Shown here in pieces: positions 7,937 to 16,456 of a DNA stretch of 24,000 bases. The notes beneath the pieces were generated by a model. It was not told the origin of the DNA, did no database searches, and saw only the letters and a list, made by a program, of their open reading frames with translations. Positions within the stretch are counted from its first letter, which is position 1; each line of letters starts with the position of its first letter. The position numbers and the translations under genes are program-made. The DNA is taken from the NCBI RefSeq assembly GCF_000299935.1, contig NZ_AMRL01000005.1, forward strand, positions 168,523-192,522. Direction: 5' to 3'. This DNA is from Oceanibaculum indicum P24 (GTDB taxonomy: Bacteria > Pseudomonadota > Alphaproteobacteria > Oceanibaculales > Oceanibaculaceae).

Positions 7937-9541
7937 CTAGTTTGTCACCGCGACAAAGCGGATGCCCCGGCTGCGCCCGGCGTTCAGGGTGAAGCCGGTG
8001 ATGCGTCCGTCCTTCCGCTGGAAGCGCAGCGCGTCGCGGAATTGCGCACCGAACCAGCCGATCCGCGCGGTAATCATGTCAGGGCGGGTGGCGTCCAGCG
8101 GGCAGGGCAGTGCCGGCCCGCGCGGGCCCTCGATGCGCACGGCAAGCCCGTCGCCGGTGCGTTCGATCACCCAGTCGCTCATCAGCTCGGCGCTGCGATA
8201 GCGCCCGACATAGTCGCTAAGGTTTTCAGCACCGGTCGGGCCGGAGGCGACCGGCCGGTAGGTTTCGACACCGCCATCGACGCGTGTCAGCCGGATACTG
8301 AGGGAAGGCGCCTCTGCGATCTCGGCCGAGACGACGTCATAGCCGCCCTGGAACACCGTGTAGGCCGTGCCGCCATCGCTGTTGGCCAGGGTGAAGGGCG
8401 TGCCGAAACGGGTGGCCCCCAGCCGGCCCTCGACATCGCTGAGGGTAAGGGCGGCGCCCGACTCCTCATCGACATAGGGGCCGGCTTTCGCCAGCCGGCT
8501 GACCAGCGCCGGATCAGGCAGGGCGAGCGGCGGTTCCGGGAAGTCGATTCCGGGCACGAGATCGGCCACCAGCCGCGTGGTCAGATAGGCATTCACCCCC
8601 AGCGAATTGGACAGGCAGATGACGCTCAGCCGCCGTTCCGGGATATGCAGGATGTTGGAGGTGAAGCCGGGCAGCAGGCCGCTATGCCCAAGTGCGGACA
8701 GGCCGCGATAGCGCTCCACCATGAAGCCATAGCCATAACGGGCATGGCCGCCGCCGGTCAGCGGCACCGGATCGGCAAGATGGGTAAGCGGGTCGATCTC
8801 AGGATGCGTCCCGCTTCCCCAGATGCCGGTCCAGCGGATCATATCCTCCAGCGAGGACACCATGCCGCCCTCGCCGCACAGCTCGAAGCCGCTGCCGGTG
8901 CGCCACAGCGCGCCATCGACCGGGGCGTAGCCCTGGGCGCGGCGCGGGAAAGGTTCGGCGTCATAGGGCAGCAGGGCGGTCGAGGCCATCCCCAGTGGCC
9001 TGAAGATGCGGGCATCGAGGAAAGCGCGCAGGCTTATGCCCGACAGCCGCTCGATCAGGATGCTCAGCAGCACATAGCCGGCATTGGAATAGAGATAGGC
9101 ACTGCCGGGCGGGAAGTTGGTGGCTTCCTGCCGCAGGATGATGGCCAGCATCTCCGCGACGCTGCGCCGGTCCATCAGCGTGATTCCGGTCAGGCGGAAG
9201 GCCTCCAGTGAATCACGCAACCCGCCGGTGCTGCTCATCAGATGGCGGATGCGCAGCGGCGCGCCATAATCCGGCAGTTCCGGCAGGTGCCGGCGCACCT
9301 CGTCCTCGACCGACAACTTGCCATCCCGCGCCAGCAGCAGCACGGCGAGGCAGGTGAACTGCTTGGAGATGGAGGCGATTCGGAACACCGTGTCCGGTGC
9401 GTTCGGCAGGTCCAGCTCGACATGGGCAAGGCCATAGCCGCGCTGGTGCAGCACTTCGCCGTCCCGGACGATGGCGACGGCGCAGCCGGGCGAGCCCGGC
9501 CGCGTCCATCGTTCGAGAAGGGCGTCAACCGCCGCGATCAT
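7937..9541 (-). CDS. beta-lactamase-fold serine hydrolase, D-aminopeptidase-like (S12)
   Basis: It has the SxxK motif SISKQF(TC) and the YxN motif YSNAGY. At 534 aa it carries a long C-terminal extension, as recalled for Ochrobactrum DAP-type enzymes. Confidence 0.75.
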   Translation of the reverse strand: MIAAVDALLERWTRPGSPGCAVAIVRDGEVLHQRGYGLAHVELDLPNAPDTVFRIASISKQFTCLAVLLLARDGKLSVEDEVRRHLPELPDYGAPLRIRHLMSSTGGLRDSLEAFRLTGITLMDRRSVAEMLAIILRQEATNFPPGSAYLYSNAGYVLLSILIERLSGISLRAFLDARIFRPLGMASTALLPYDAEPFPRRAQGYAPVDGALWRTGSGFELCGEGGMVSSLEDMIRWTGIWGSGTHPEIDPLTHLADPVPLTGGGHARYGYGFMVERYRGLSALGHSGLLPGFTSNILHIPERRLSVICLSNSLGVNAYLTTRLVADLVPGIDFPEPPLALPDPALVSRLAKAGPYVDEESGAALTLSDVEGRLGATRFGTPFTLANSDGGTAYTVFQGGYDVVSAEIAEAPSLSIRLTRVDGGVETYRPVASGPTGAENLSDYVGRYRSAELMSDWVIERTGDGLAVRIEGPRGPALPCPLDATRPDMITARIGWFGAQFRDALRFQRKDGRITGFTLNAGRSRGIRFVAVTN

Positions 9542-9568
9542 GACGTGACGCCCTTTCCGGTTTCGGTC

Positions 9569-10366
9569 TTATTCGTCGAGCAACTGGCCGACCATGCGCA
9601 GGCGGGAATTGTCGATATGGCTGCGCATGGCGTTGCGGGCCGCACCGGGATTGCGCTTCTCGATCGCCTTGTAGATTCGGGAATGCTCGGCCCGGACGAT
9701 ATCCATGGGTTCGCTGCGCAGCTTGGAGAGCTGCCGGGCGAGCTTGATGCCGTCGCGTGCCGTGGTGTGCAGCATGTGCAGCGTCTTCACATACAGCGCG
9801 TTCTTGGTGGCGGTGGCGATGGCCATGTGGAAGCTGAAATCGGCTTCCGCGCCTTCCTCGTCATCGCCAGTGCCCAGATAATTGTTGAAGAACTCCAGCG
9901 CCTTCTCGATGGCGACCAGATCGTCCTTTTCCCGGCGCTTGGCGGCGAGATAGGCGGCCTCGCCCTCCAGCGCCAGCCGCAGCTCGTAGCAGCGCAGCAG
10001 CTCGGCCAGCACGCCTGACGGCGCGAGGCGCACCAGCTCCGGCGTTGGCTTCGACATGACATAGGTGCCCGAGCCGCGCCGTGAGGCGATCACATTGTCG
10101 GCCCGGAGGCGCGACAGCGCCTCGCGCACCACCGGCCGCGAGACCGAGAAGAGCTGACAGAGCTGCGCCTCGGACGGCAGCTTCTCGCCGACATCCAGCG
10201 AGCCGTTCACGATATGCAGCATGATCTGTTCGTAGAGCTGATCGGCCAGCTTGCTCTGGCGGACCGGTGCCACCGCCACGAAATCGATCATGGTGGCGCC
10301 GCCGGAAAGAGTGCTGGTCTTACCCGACAGCGAACTGGTCTTGTTCCTCGCCTGTGCAGTTTCCAT
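9569..10366 (-). CDS. GntR family transcriptional regulator (FadR/FCD subfamily)
   Basis: It has an N-terminal wHTH (KLPSEAQLCQLFSVSRPVVREALSRL) and a helical C-terminal FCD-like domain. The start could instead be the internal ATG at 10291. Confidence 0.85.
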   Translation of the reverse strand: METAQARNKTSSLSGKTSTLSGGATMIDFVAVAPVRQSKLADQLYEQIMLHIVNGSLDVGEKLPSEAQLCQLFSVSRPVVREALSRLRADNVIASRRGSGTYVMSKPTPELVRLAPSGVLAELLRCYELRLALEGEAAYLAAKRREKDDLVAIEKALEFFNNYLGTGDDEEGAEADFSFHMAIATATKNALYVKTLHMLHTTARDGIKLARQLSKLRSEPMDIVRAEHSRIYKAIEKRNPGAARNAMRSHIDNSRLRMVGQLLDE

Positions 10367-10489
10367 GCAAATTCCAACCCCTAATTTTTATTTGTATAGC
10401 TTGATGACATTAGCCTACCACACTTATAGGTATGGCAGGGAGCGCGGAAGAAAAGCTCCCGGAAAAATAGTGCGGGAAAACAAGATACC

Positions 10490-11161
10490 ATGATTGATAA
10501 GAGAGTGGCGACGCTGGCCGAAGCCGTCGCGGGGATCAAGGACGGCTCGACGCTACTGGTCGGCGGATTCGGGTCAGCCGGTGCACCGACCGAACTGATT
10601 CATGCCGTTATCGACCAGGGCGCCCGGGATCTGGTTGTGGTCTCCAACAATGCCGGTGTCGGGACCGAGGGGCTGGCGGCGCTGATGGCGGCGCGCCGGG
10701 TCCGGCGCATCGTCTGTTCCTATCCGCGCAGCGGCGGTTCGGTCGTGTTCGACGAGTTGTACGCCAAGGGCGAGATCGAGCTGGAATTGCTGCCGCAGGG
10801 CACGATCAGCGAGCGGTTGCGCTGCGCGGCGGCGGGCCTCGGCGGCTATTACTCGCCTGTTGGTGTCGGCACCAAGCTGGCCGAGGGCAAGGAACTGCGG
10901 GAGATCGACGGTCGCACCTATGTGCTGGAAATGCCGCTGCGCGGCGATGTGGCGCTGATCAACGCACACCGGGCGGACCGCTGGGGCAATCTGATCTACC
11001 GCCTGTCCTCGCGCAATTTCGCGCCCGATATGGCGATGGCCGCGGACCTGACCATCGTGCAGGCCGAAGGTTTCGTCGAACTGGGCGATTTCGACCCCGA
11101 CAATATCCATACGCCCGGCATCTTCGTTGACCGGGTGGTGAAGGTGGAGAAGAAGGCATGA
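10490..11161 (+). CDS. 3-oxoacid CoA-transferase subunit A
   Basis: IKDGSTLLVGGFGSAGAPTELI and the SNNAG motif are present. It is translationally coupled to subunit B (ATGA at 11158-11161). Confidence 0.85.
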   Translation: MIDKRVATLAEAVAGIKDGSTLLVGGFGSAGAPTELIHAVIDQGARDLVVVSNNAGVGTEGLAALMAARRVRRIVCSYPRSGGSVVFDELYAKGEIELELLPQGTISERLRCAAAGLGGYYSPVGVGTKLAEGKELREIDGRTYVLEMPLRGDVALINAHRADRWGNLIYRLSSRNFAPDMAMAADLTIVQAEGFVELGDFDPDNIHTPGIFVDRVVKVEKKA

Positions 11162-11853
11162 GCAGCATGACCGAGAGCGTGGCGCGACTCAGCCGCCGGC
11201 AGATCGCCTGGCGCGCCGCGCAGGACATCGAGAATGGCTGGTACGTGAATCTCGGCATCGGCCTGCCGACGCTGGCGGCCAGCTATGTGCCGGACGGGCG
11301 GGAGATCGTGTTCCACAGCGAGAACGGGTTGCTGGGCGTCGGTGCCTATCCGAAGCCGGGCGAGGAAGACCCGGACCTCATCAACGCCACCAAGGAATAT
11401 GTGACCCTGGCCAAGGGCGCGTCGGTGTTCAAGCATTCCGATTCCTTCACCATGATCCGCGGCGGCCATCTGGACCTCGCGCTGCTGGGCGCCTTCGAGG
11501 TGTCGGTAAAGGGCGACCTCGCCAACTGGACGACGGAAGACCCGAACTTCCCGCCCGGCGTCGGCGGGGCGATGGACCTGGCGGTGGGGGCCAAGCGCAT
11601 CCGCGTGCTGATGGAGCACACCACCCGCAAGGGCGAGCCGAAGATCCGCAAGGCCTGCCAGTATCCGCTGACGGCGTCGTCGGTGGTGAGGCGGCTCTAC
11701 ACTGACCTTGCCGTCATCGATGTGACGGAGGAGGGGCTGCTGGTCGTCGAGATGGCCGAGGGGCTGACGCGTGACGCGCTGCAGGAAGTGACCGAGGCGC
11801 CGCTGATCTATGCCGCGACGGTCGGCGTGCTGAAGGCTCCGGCGGTCTCGTAA
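11158..11853 (+). CDS. 3-oxoacid CoA-transferase subunit B
   Basis: FHSENGLLG gives the catalytic Glu in the SENG motif, and GGAMDL is also present. Confidence 0.85.
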   Translation: MSSMTESVARLSRRQIAWRAAQDIENGWYVNLGIGLPTLAASYVPDGREIVFHSENGLLGVGAYPKPGEEDPDLINATKEYVTLAKGASVFKHSDSFTMIRGGHLDLALLGAFEVSVKGDLANWTTEDPNFPPGVGGAMDLAVGAKRIRVLMEHTTRKGEPKIRKACQYPLTASSVVRRLYTDLAVIDVTEEGLLVVEMAEGLTRDALQEVTEAPLIYAATVGVLKAPAVS

Positions 11854-11871
11854 ACGGCTTCTCCGCCAAAG

Positions 11872-11908
11872 AAAAAGGCCCGCCTCGGTGTTCCGGGGCG
11901 GGCCTTTT
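11872..11908. terminator. bidirectional intrinsic terminator between convergent genes
   Basis: AAAAA precedes the stem GGCCCGCCTCGG (11877-11888), loop TGTT and stem CCGGGGCGGGCC (11893-11904), which is followed by TTTT. Confidence 0.8.
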
Positions 11909-11936
11909 CATTAGCTGGCCAGATTGGTTGGCTCGA

Positions 11937-12479
11937 TTACTTGGCGTCTTCGGCCAGGGTCATCTTCACGATCTTGTCCGGGTCTGCCGGCGGTTCGCCG
12001 CGCTTGATCTTGTCCACGAACTCCATGCCTTCGACAACCTGGCCCCAGACGGTGTACTGGCCATTTAGGAAGGGGGCAGGCTTGAAGCAGATGAAGAACT
12101 GGCTGTCGCCGCTGTCCGGGTTCTGCGAGCGGGCCATGCCGACAGTGCCGCGCTCGAACGGGGCGCTGTTGAATTCCGCCGGGATCTTCTTGCCGCTGCC
12201 GCCCCGGCCGGTGCCGGTGGGGTCGCCGGTCTGGGCCATGAAGCCCTCGATCACGCGGTGGAAGACGATGCCGTCATAGAAGCCGGCGCGGACCAGCTCC
12301 TTGATGCGGGCGACGTGCTTGGGCGCGAGGTCGGGCTTCAACTCGATGACGACGCGGCCGTATTCGAGGTCGAGATAGAGCATGTTTTCCATTTTGGCGG
12401 CTTCTGATTGGCTGGTTCCCGTGAAGAGGATGCCGAGGGCCATCAGGGCCGCCGCGGCGAGGGTCTTCAAACGAGTCAT
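11937..12479 (-). CDS. periplasmic cyclophilin-type peptidyl-prolyl isomerase
   Basis: It has a signal peptide ending SQSEA-A and the cyclophilin core FHRVIEGFMAQTGDPTGTG...SQFFICF. Confidence 0.9.
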   Translation of the reverse strand: MTRLKTLAAAALMALGILFTGTSQSEAAKMENMLYLDLEYGRVVIELKPDLAPKHVARIKELVRAGFYDGIVFHRVIEGFMAQTGDPTGTGRGGSGKKIPAEFNSAPFERGTVGMARSQNPDSGDSQFFICFKPAPFLNGQYTVWGQVVEGMEFVDKIKRGEPPADPDKIVKMTLAEDAK

Positions 12480-12588
12480 GACGGTGTCCTGTCCTAGGTC
12501 CAGCGTTACGGTACGGGTTCGAGGGCCACATTAAGCGGGCAGGGCCGGAATCGAAAGCCTGAAAGCACAAACCGCCGGCGGGGGGTCG

Positions 12589-12942
12589 CTACTGGCGGCG
12601 GCGTTCCACCGTCACGCCGACCGAGGCGGCCTGGTCGATGACGTCCAGCTTCTCCACCGTGATCCGCGTGGCCAGCACGCGCCTGTCTTCCAGCCCGTGC
12701 CGCGCGATGCGGTCGGCGACGGTCTCGATCAGGTTGACATGGCCCTCGGCCAGGATCGCCTCGATGCTCTTCACCAGCGTGTGATAGCAGAACACGTTTT
12801 CCAGCCGGTCCCCGGCCGTGGCGATGGTATCGACGCATTCCAGTTCGAGATTGAGGCGCAGCCGCTGCCGCTTCCCCTTCTCGCTCTCATACACGCCGAC
12901 TTCGGCTTCAAGGACGAGGTCGCGCACGAAGATTCGGTACAA
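12589..12942 (-). CDS. folB: dihydroneopterin aldolase (FolB family)
   Basis: 117 aa. The pattern IFVRDLVLEAEVGVYESEKGKRQRLRLNLEL is typical of the FolB N-terminus and length. Confidence 0.75.
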   Translation of the reverse strand: MYRIFVRDLVLEAEVGVYESEKGKRQRLRLNLELECVDTIATAGDRLENVFCYHTLVKSIEAILAEGHVNLIETVADRIARHGLEDRRVLATRITVEKLDVIDQAASVGVTVERRRQ

Positions 12943-13147
12943 TCCTGATTCTCCAGACTGTCGGGCAGGCAGGCGGGGAATGCCGTTTCAGCCGGCTGTA
13001 TAGCCCCTGGCGCGCGCGGGAACAATGGTCGCCGCTTCGGGCCTGTCCGGCGTCGTCGGCATGCCGCTCTTTGCGATAGAGTCTCTTAAATGCTTGTTAA
13101 CTTGTTCAGGCTATACAAAGCTTCGAACAGCGCGGCGGAATAAGAAG

Positions 13148-13327
13148 ATGCTTCTGGATATGACCGTTTCCATGCCGATGACACTCCCTCGCAGCGATAT
13201 GCTGCTCGAAGTTCTCGTTGGGCTGGCCGTGCTCCTGCAGCAGTGCCGCAACCAGAAGCCTGAGATTTCGGCGCTGGTATCCGATATCGAGAAATCCATC
13301 GAGCAGCTGCGCACTACGGGCGCCTGA
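13148..13327 (+). CDS. hypothetical small protein (59 aa), uncertain
   Basis: The ATG is preceded by GGAATAAGAAG. GC3 is only moderate and the local GC dips. The 5' part of the track ORF from 13025 crosses an AT-rich, promoter-like stretch. Confidence 0.3.
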   Translation: MLLDMTVSMPMTLPRSDMLLEVLVGLAVLLQQCRNQKPEISALVSDIEKSIEQLRTTGA

Positions 13328-13363
13328 ATAGGGGCGCCTGATCGCCGCTTCTCTCCGGACGGC

Positions 13364-13624
13364 TCAGGCCTTCCCGGAGGTGTCGATGCCGCGTTGGCGG
13401 CAATAACGTTCCAGCTCTGACAGCACTTTCTGGCGGTTCCGCCCGCCATTGGCCTGGGCCTGCTCCAACATGGCGACGGCGAGGCTGGGCTTCTGCGGCA
13501 TGCCCATCTGATGCCGCACCAGCCGCTCGGCGGTTTCCAGCACCTGCGGATCGGCCTTGCTGCGCGCCGCGCGCACCTGCCGCAGGGCGGCTTCCAGCAC
13601 TTTCGGGTCCTTCGCCATCGGCAT
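13364..13624 (-). CDS. hypothetical helical small protein (86 aa) with an internal 19-aa repeat
   Basis: ACAGGATGGG lies before the ATG as an SD. The repeat is DPKVLEAALRQVR / DPQVLETAERLVR. The longer same-strand ORF 13111-13674 is a W/C/R-rich off-frame artefact. Confidence 0.5.
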   Translation of the reverse strand: MPMAKDPKVLEAALRQVRAARSKADPQVLETAERLVRHQMGMPQKPSLAVAMLEQAQANGGRNRQKVLSELERYCRQRGIDTSGKA

Positions 13625-13743
13625 CCCATCCTGTCTCGCCCGGGCCGCGACCGTGCGGCTGGACCTTTTTCCATTCAGCTTTCATCATACCCCGAGGGTG
13701 CCGGGCAGGCCAGTCCGACAGGCCGGCCAGCCGCCCCCCCTGT

Positions 13744-14217
13744 ATGGCGAGTGGCAACTTCATGCTGATGTCCCTGCTGCGAAAGGTCCGCCGACCGGCG
13801 CCAGCTGTTGAGCGCCGCAACGGCATCTTCTGCTGCCGCTGCGACCGCCCCGCCGTGGTCAGCTTCGGGCTGGACGAAGCGGGGGCGCAGCGCTTTGCGC
13901 GCGGCTATCGCACCTATGTCGCCTCCGGGGAGCGCGAGGTACTGCTGCCCTTCTGTGCCGACCATTTCGAGGAGGCGGCGCTTTCCTGGCCCGGCCTGAT
14001 CGCACAGCCGGTGCAGCCGCTGCCGATCCGCTGGCGCGAGGGGGTGGCTGCCATCGCCTGGGTGAAGCACCGGCTGGACGATCCTGCCGTCCGCCGCAAG
14101 GCGCTGCGTGGGCTGGCGCGCAAGTTGCGCCCGGCTCGTCCCGCCCCAGCGGTGGGGAAGGAGCATGAGGCCATGCTGCGCCGCTTCCTGGCGGAGCGCC
14201 GGCGAGACCATCGTTAA
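13744..14217 (+). CDS. hypothetical protein (157 aa) with a CCxC...CxxH cluster and an Arg-rich tail
   Basis: GC3 is high on this strand, whereas the antisense ORF 13675-14259 has poor composition. There is no clear SD, so the start is uncertain (13744, 13762 or 13768). Confidence 0.5.
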   Translation: MASGNFMLMSLLRKVRRPAPAVERRNGIFCCRCDRPAVVSFGLDEAGAQRFARGYRTYVASGEREVLLPFCADHFEEAALSWPGLIAQPVQPLPIRWREGVAAIAWVKHRLDDPAVRRKALRGLARKLRPARPAPAVGKEHEAMLRRFLAERRRDHR

Positions 14218-14477
14218 GCGCATGGCCCTCCAGCGAAAAACCGCTATTCGAGGGGGCATGGCTATGATACATGCATATCAGTTTTAACAGCTGAACGAGT
14301 CCGGCCATGACGGCTGACCTGCGACGACGACGTACGACCTGCCCGACCGCGTTTGCGGCCGGCGCAGCCGCGTCGCCTGGTCACCGCCGGAGGGCCCGTC
14401 TGTAGGCATCCCTCCGCCCGGAGCAGGCGATGCGGTCCACTGACTGACCGACACCCTGATTCCGGGATTTTTTAGAG

Positions 14478-15014
14478 ATGCAGATCGTTCACGAGCGGCC
14501 GGGCGACGCCGCGCTAATCGACGCCCTTCTGGATACCGCCTTCGGTCCGGGCCGGACCACCAAGACCGTGTACAAGCTGCGCGAGGGCGTGCCGCACGAC
14601 CCGTCGCTGGCCTTCGTCGCGCTGGAGGACGGGCAGCTGCGCGGCTCCATCCGTTATTGGCCGCTGCTGCTGGGCGAGGCGCGCGTGCCGTCCATCATGC
14701 TGGGCCCGCTGGCGGTCGATCCGGCCTATAAGGGGCAGGGCTACGGCAAGGCGCTGATGCGCCATTCGCTGGCCCATGCCGCCAGCCTCGGCCATCGCTC
14801 GGTGATCCTAGTCGGCGACCCGGAATATTACAATCCGTTCGGCTTCACGCGGGAGAAGGCGTTGGGCCTGCAGTTGCCCGGCCCGGTCGAGGAGCGGCGG
14901 TTCCTGGGGCTGGAGCTGGTGCCGGGCGCGCTGGACGGTGTGACGGGCATGATCCATCCGGCGCTGCCGGCGGCCCCACAGATCCGGAGGGGTGTTCGCC
15001 GGTACGCTGCGTAA
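14478..15014 (+). CDS. GNAT family N-acetyltransferase
   Basis: LAVDPAYKGQGYGKALM is a Q/RxxGxG/A acetyl-CoA motif. Confidence 0.75.
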   Translation: MQIVHERPGDAALIDALLDTAFGPGRTTKTVYKLREGVPHDPSLAFVALEDGQLRGSIRYWPLLLGEARVPSIMLGPLAVDPAYKGQGYGKALMRHSLAHAASLGHRSVILVGDPEYYNPFGFTREKALGLQLPGPVEERRFLGLELVPGALDGVTGMIHPALPAAPQIRRGVRRYAA

Positions 15015-15140
15015 CCGTGCCGGGTGATAGCGGCCATGCCGAAACGGGTGGCTGGCGCCGCTTGACCGGACCGATTGGACCGGCAAGCATGGGGCCAGCC
15101 AACCAAACGCCACCAACCATACACAGGGCAGGGACGCACC

Positions 15141-16280
15141 ATGGCGGTTATCAGCTACCTCACCAAGATCCAGTTCGACTTCGGCGCCATCAAGCTGCTG
15201 GCGGACGAGATGAAGGCGCTCGGCATCAAGCGGCCGCTGATCGTCACCGACAAGGGGCTGGTGAAGACCGGCATCCTGGACACGATCCGCGCCAACATCC
15301 CGAACGAGTTCGACGTCTCGGTGTTCGACGGTACGCCGGAGAACCCGACCGAGGCGGCGACCTGGGAGGCGCTGAACATCTACAAGGAGAATGGCTGCGA
15401 CGGCATCATCGCGGTCGGCGGCGGTTCCTCCATGGATCTGGCCAAGGGCGTGCGCCTGCTGGCGACGCATGAGGGGCCGCTGGCGCAATATGCGATGGTG
15501 GAAGGCGGCGTCGCCCGCATTCGCCCTGATGTGTCCAAGCTGATCGCGGTCGCCACCACATCGGGCACTGGTTCCGAGGTCGGGCGCGGCGCCGTCATCG
15601 TGCTGGAGGATGGCCGCAAGCTCGCCCTCGTCAGCCCCTATCTGATCCCCAATGTGGCGATCAACGATCCGGAGCTGACGCTCGGCCTGCCGCCCGTGCT
15701 GACCGCCGGCACCGGCATGGACGCGATCACCCACTGCATCGAGACCTTCCTGTCGCTGGCGGTGAACCCGCCGGCCGACGGCATCTCGCTGGAAGGGCTG
15801 CGGCTTGCCAGCCGCTCCATCGAGACGGCGGTGAAGGACGGCTCCAACCGGCAGGCGCGCTGGGACATGATGATGGGCTCGATGATGGGCGCCATGAGCT
15901 TCCAGAAGGGGCTGGGCGCGGTGCATGCGCTGTCGCATCCGCTGGGCGCGGTGAAGGGCCTGCGCCTGCATCACGGCACGCTGAACGCGGTGTTCCTGCC
16001 CGCCGTGCTGCGCTTCAACAAGTCGGTGGTCGGCGACAAATATCCGCGCGTCGCCCAGGCGATGGGCCTGCCGGAGAACACCGACATCGCCGATGCGATC
16101 TCGAAGCTGAACGCGAAGATCGGCATCCCCGCCAGCCTGCGCGAGATGGGCGTGACCGACGATGTGCTGGACGGCATCGCCGTCGCCGCCACCAAGGACC
16201 ATGCGCACCCGACCAACCCGCGCACGCCGTCCGTCGCGGAGTACCGCAAGCTGCTCGACGAGGCGATGGCCGGGAACTGA
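15141..16280 (+). CDS. iron-containing (group III) alcohol dehydrogenase
   Basis: GGGSSMDLAKG is present, with metal-site His contexts DAITHCIE, HALSHPLG and HHGTLNAV. The ATG at 15141 has GGGA 6 nt upstream. Confidence 0.9.
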   Translation: MAVISYLTKIQFDFGAIKLLADEMKALGIKRPLIVTDKGLVKTGILDTIRANIPNEFDVSVFDGTPENPTEAATWEALNIYKENGCDGIIAVGGGSSMDLAKGVRLLATHEGPLAQYAMVEGGVARIRPDVSKLIAVATTSGTGSEVGRGAVIVLEDGRKLALVSPYLIPNVAINDPELTLGLPPVLTAGTGMDAITHCIETFLSLAVNPPADGISLEGLRLASRSIETAVKDGSNRQARWDMMMGSMMGAMSFQKGLGAVHALSHPLGAVKGLRLHHGTLNAVFLPAVLRFNKSVVGDKYPRVAQAMGLPENTDIADAISKLNAKIGIPASLREMGVTDDVLDGIAVAATKDHAHPTNPRTPSVAEYRKLLDEAMAGN

Positions 16281-16297
16281 GGGAGTATTTCGCCTTT

Positions 16298-16395
16298 GTC
16301 ATTGCCGGGCTTGACCCGGCAATCCAGGGGCCACGGCCTGAGACGTTAGAGGCAAAGCGCCGCCCTTGGACCCCCGGGTCAAGCCCGGGGGTGAC
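16298..16395. repeat. REP/MITE-like element: two inverted copies of a ~31-nt hairpin unit
   Basis: Unit 1 is GTCATTGCCGGGCTTGACCCGGCAATCCAGG (16298-16328). The reverse complement of unit 2 (16365-16395) is GTCACCCCCGGGCTTGACCCGGGGGTCCAAG. The two share a 15-nt core, and the stem differences are compensatory. Confidence 0.7.
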
Positions 16396-16403
16396 AAGAA
16401 AAC

Positions 16404-16434
16404 AAAAAGGCCGCGTCCCGGGACGCGGCCTTTT
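16404..16434. terminator. bidirectional intrinsic terminator (adh / gap convergent)
   Basis: AAAAA precedes the 22-nt palindrome GGCCGCGTCCCGGGACGCGGCC, which is followed by TTTT. Confidence 0.85.
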
Positions 16435-16456
16435 CCGTGACGTATGTCCAGCCGGA

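Noticed and set aside
7676-9211. A 511-aa ORF on the plus strand
   Set aside because: It lies antisense to the S12 serine hydrolase, which has clear SxxK and YxN motifs. It is a shadow ORF.
10367-10489. A GntR operator in the divergent gntR/CoA-transferase intergenic region
   Set aside because: I could find only short 4-bp arms (TACC-N9-GGTA) and no convincing palindrome of the GT-N-AC type. The evidence is insufficient.
13111-13674. A 187-aa minus-strand ORF spanning two small genes
   Set aside because: Its W/C/R-rich translation is an off-frame read of the 86-aa gene, and it continues antisense through the 59-aa ORF.
13675-14259. A 194-aa minus-strand ORF
   Set aside because: The opposite-strand frame (13744-14217) shows the GC3 pattern of real genes in this window, and this frame does not.
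14307-14405. A 32-aa ORF (MTADLRRRRTTCPTAF...) in the intergenic region before the second GNAT gene
   Set aside because: There is no SD, the codon bias is mediocre, and the ORF is very short. It is indistinguishable from chance in GC-rich DNA.
14808-16208. A 466-aa ORF on the minus strand
   Set aside because: It lies antisense to the Fe-alcohol dehydrogenase and part of the GNAT gene. It has no motifs and R/H/D/G-rich composition.
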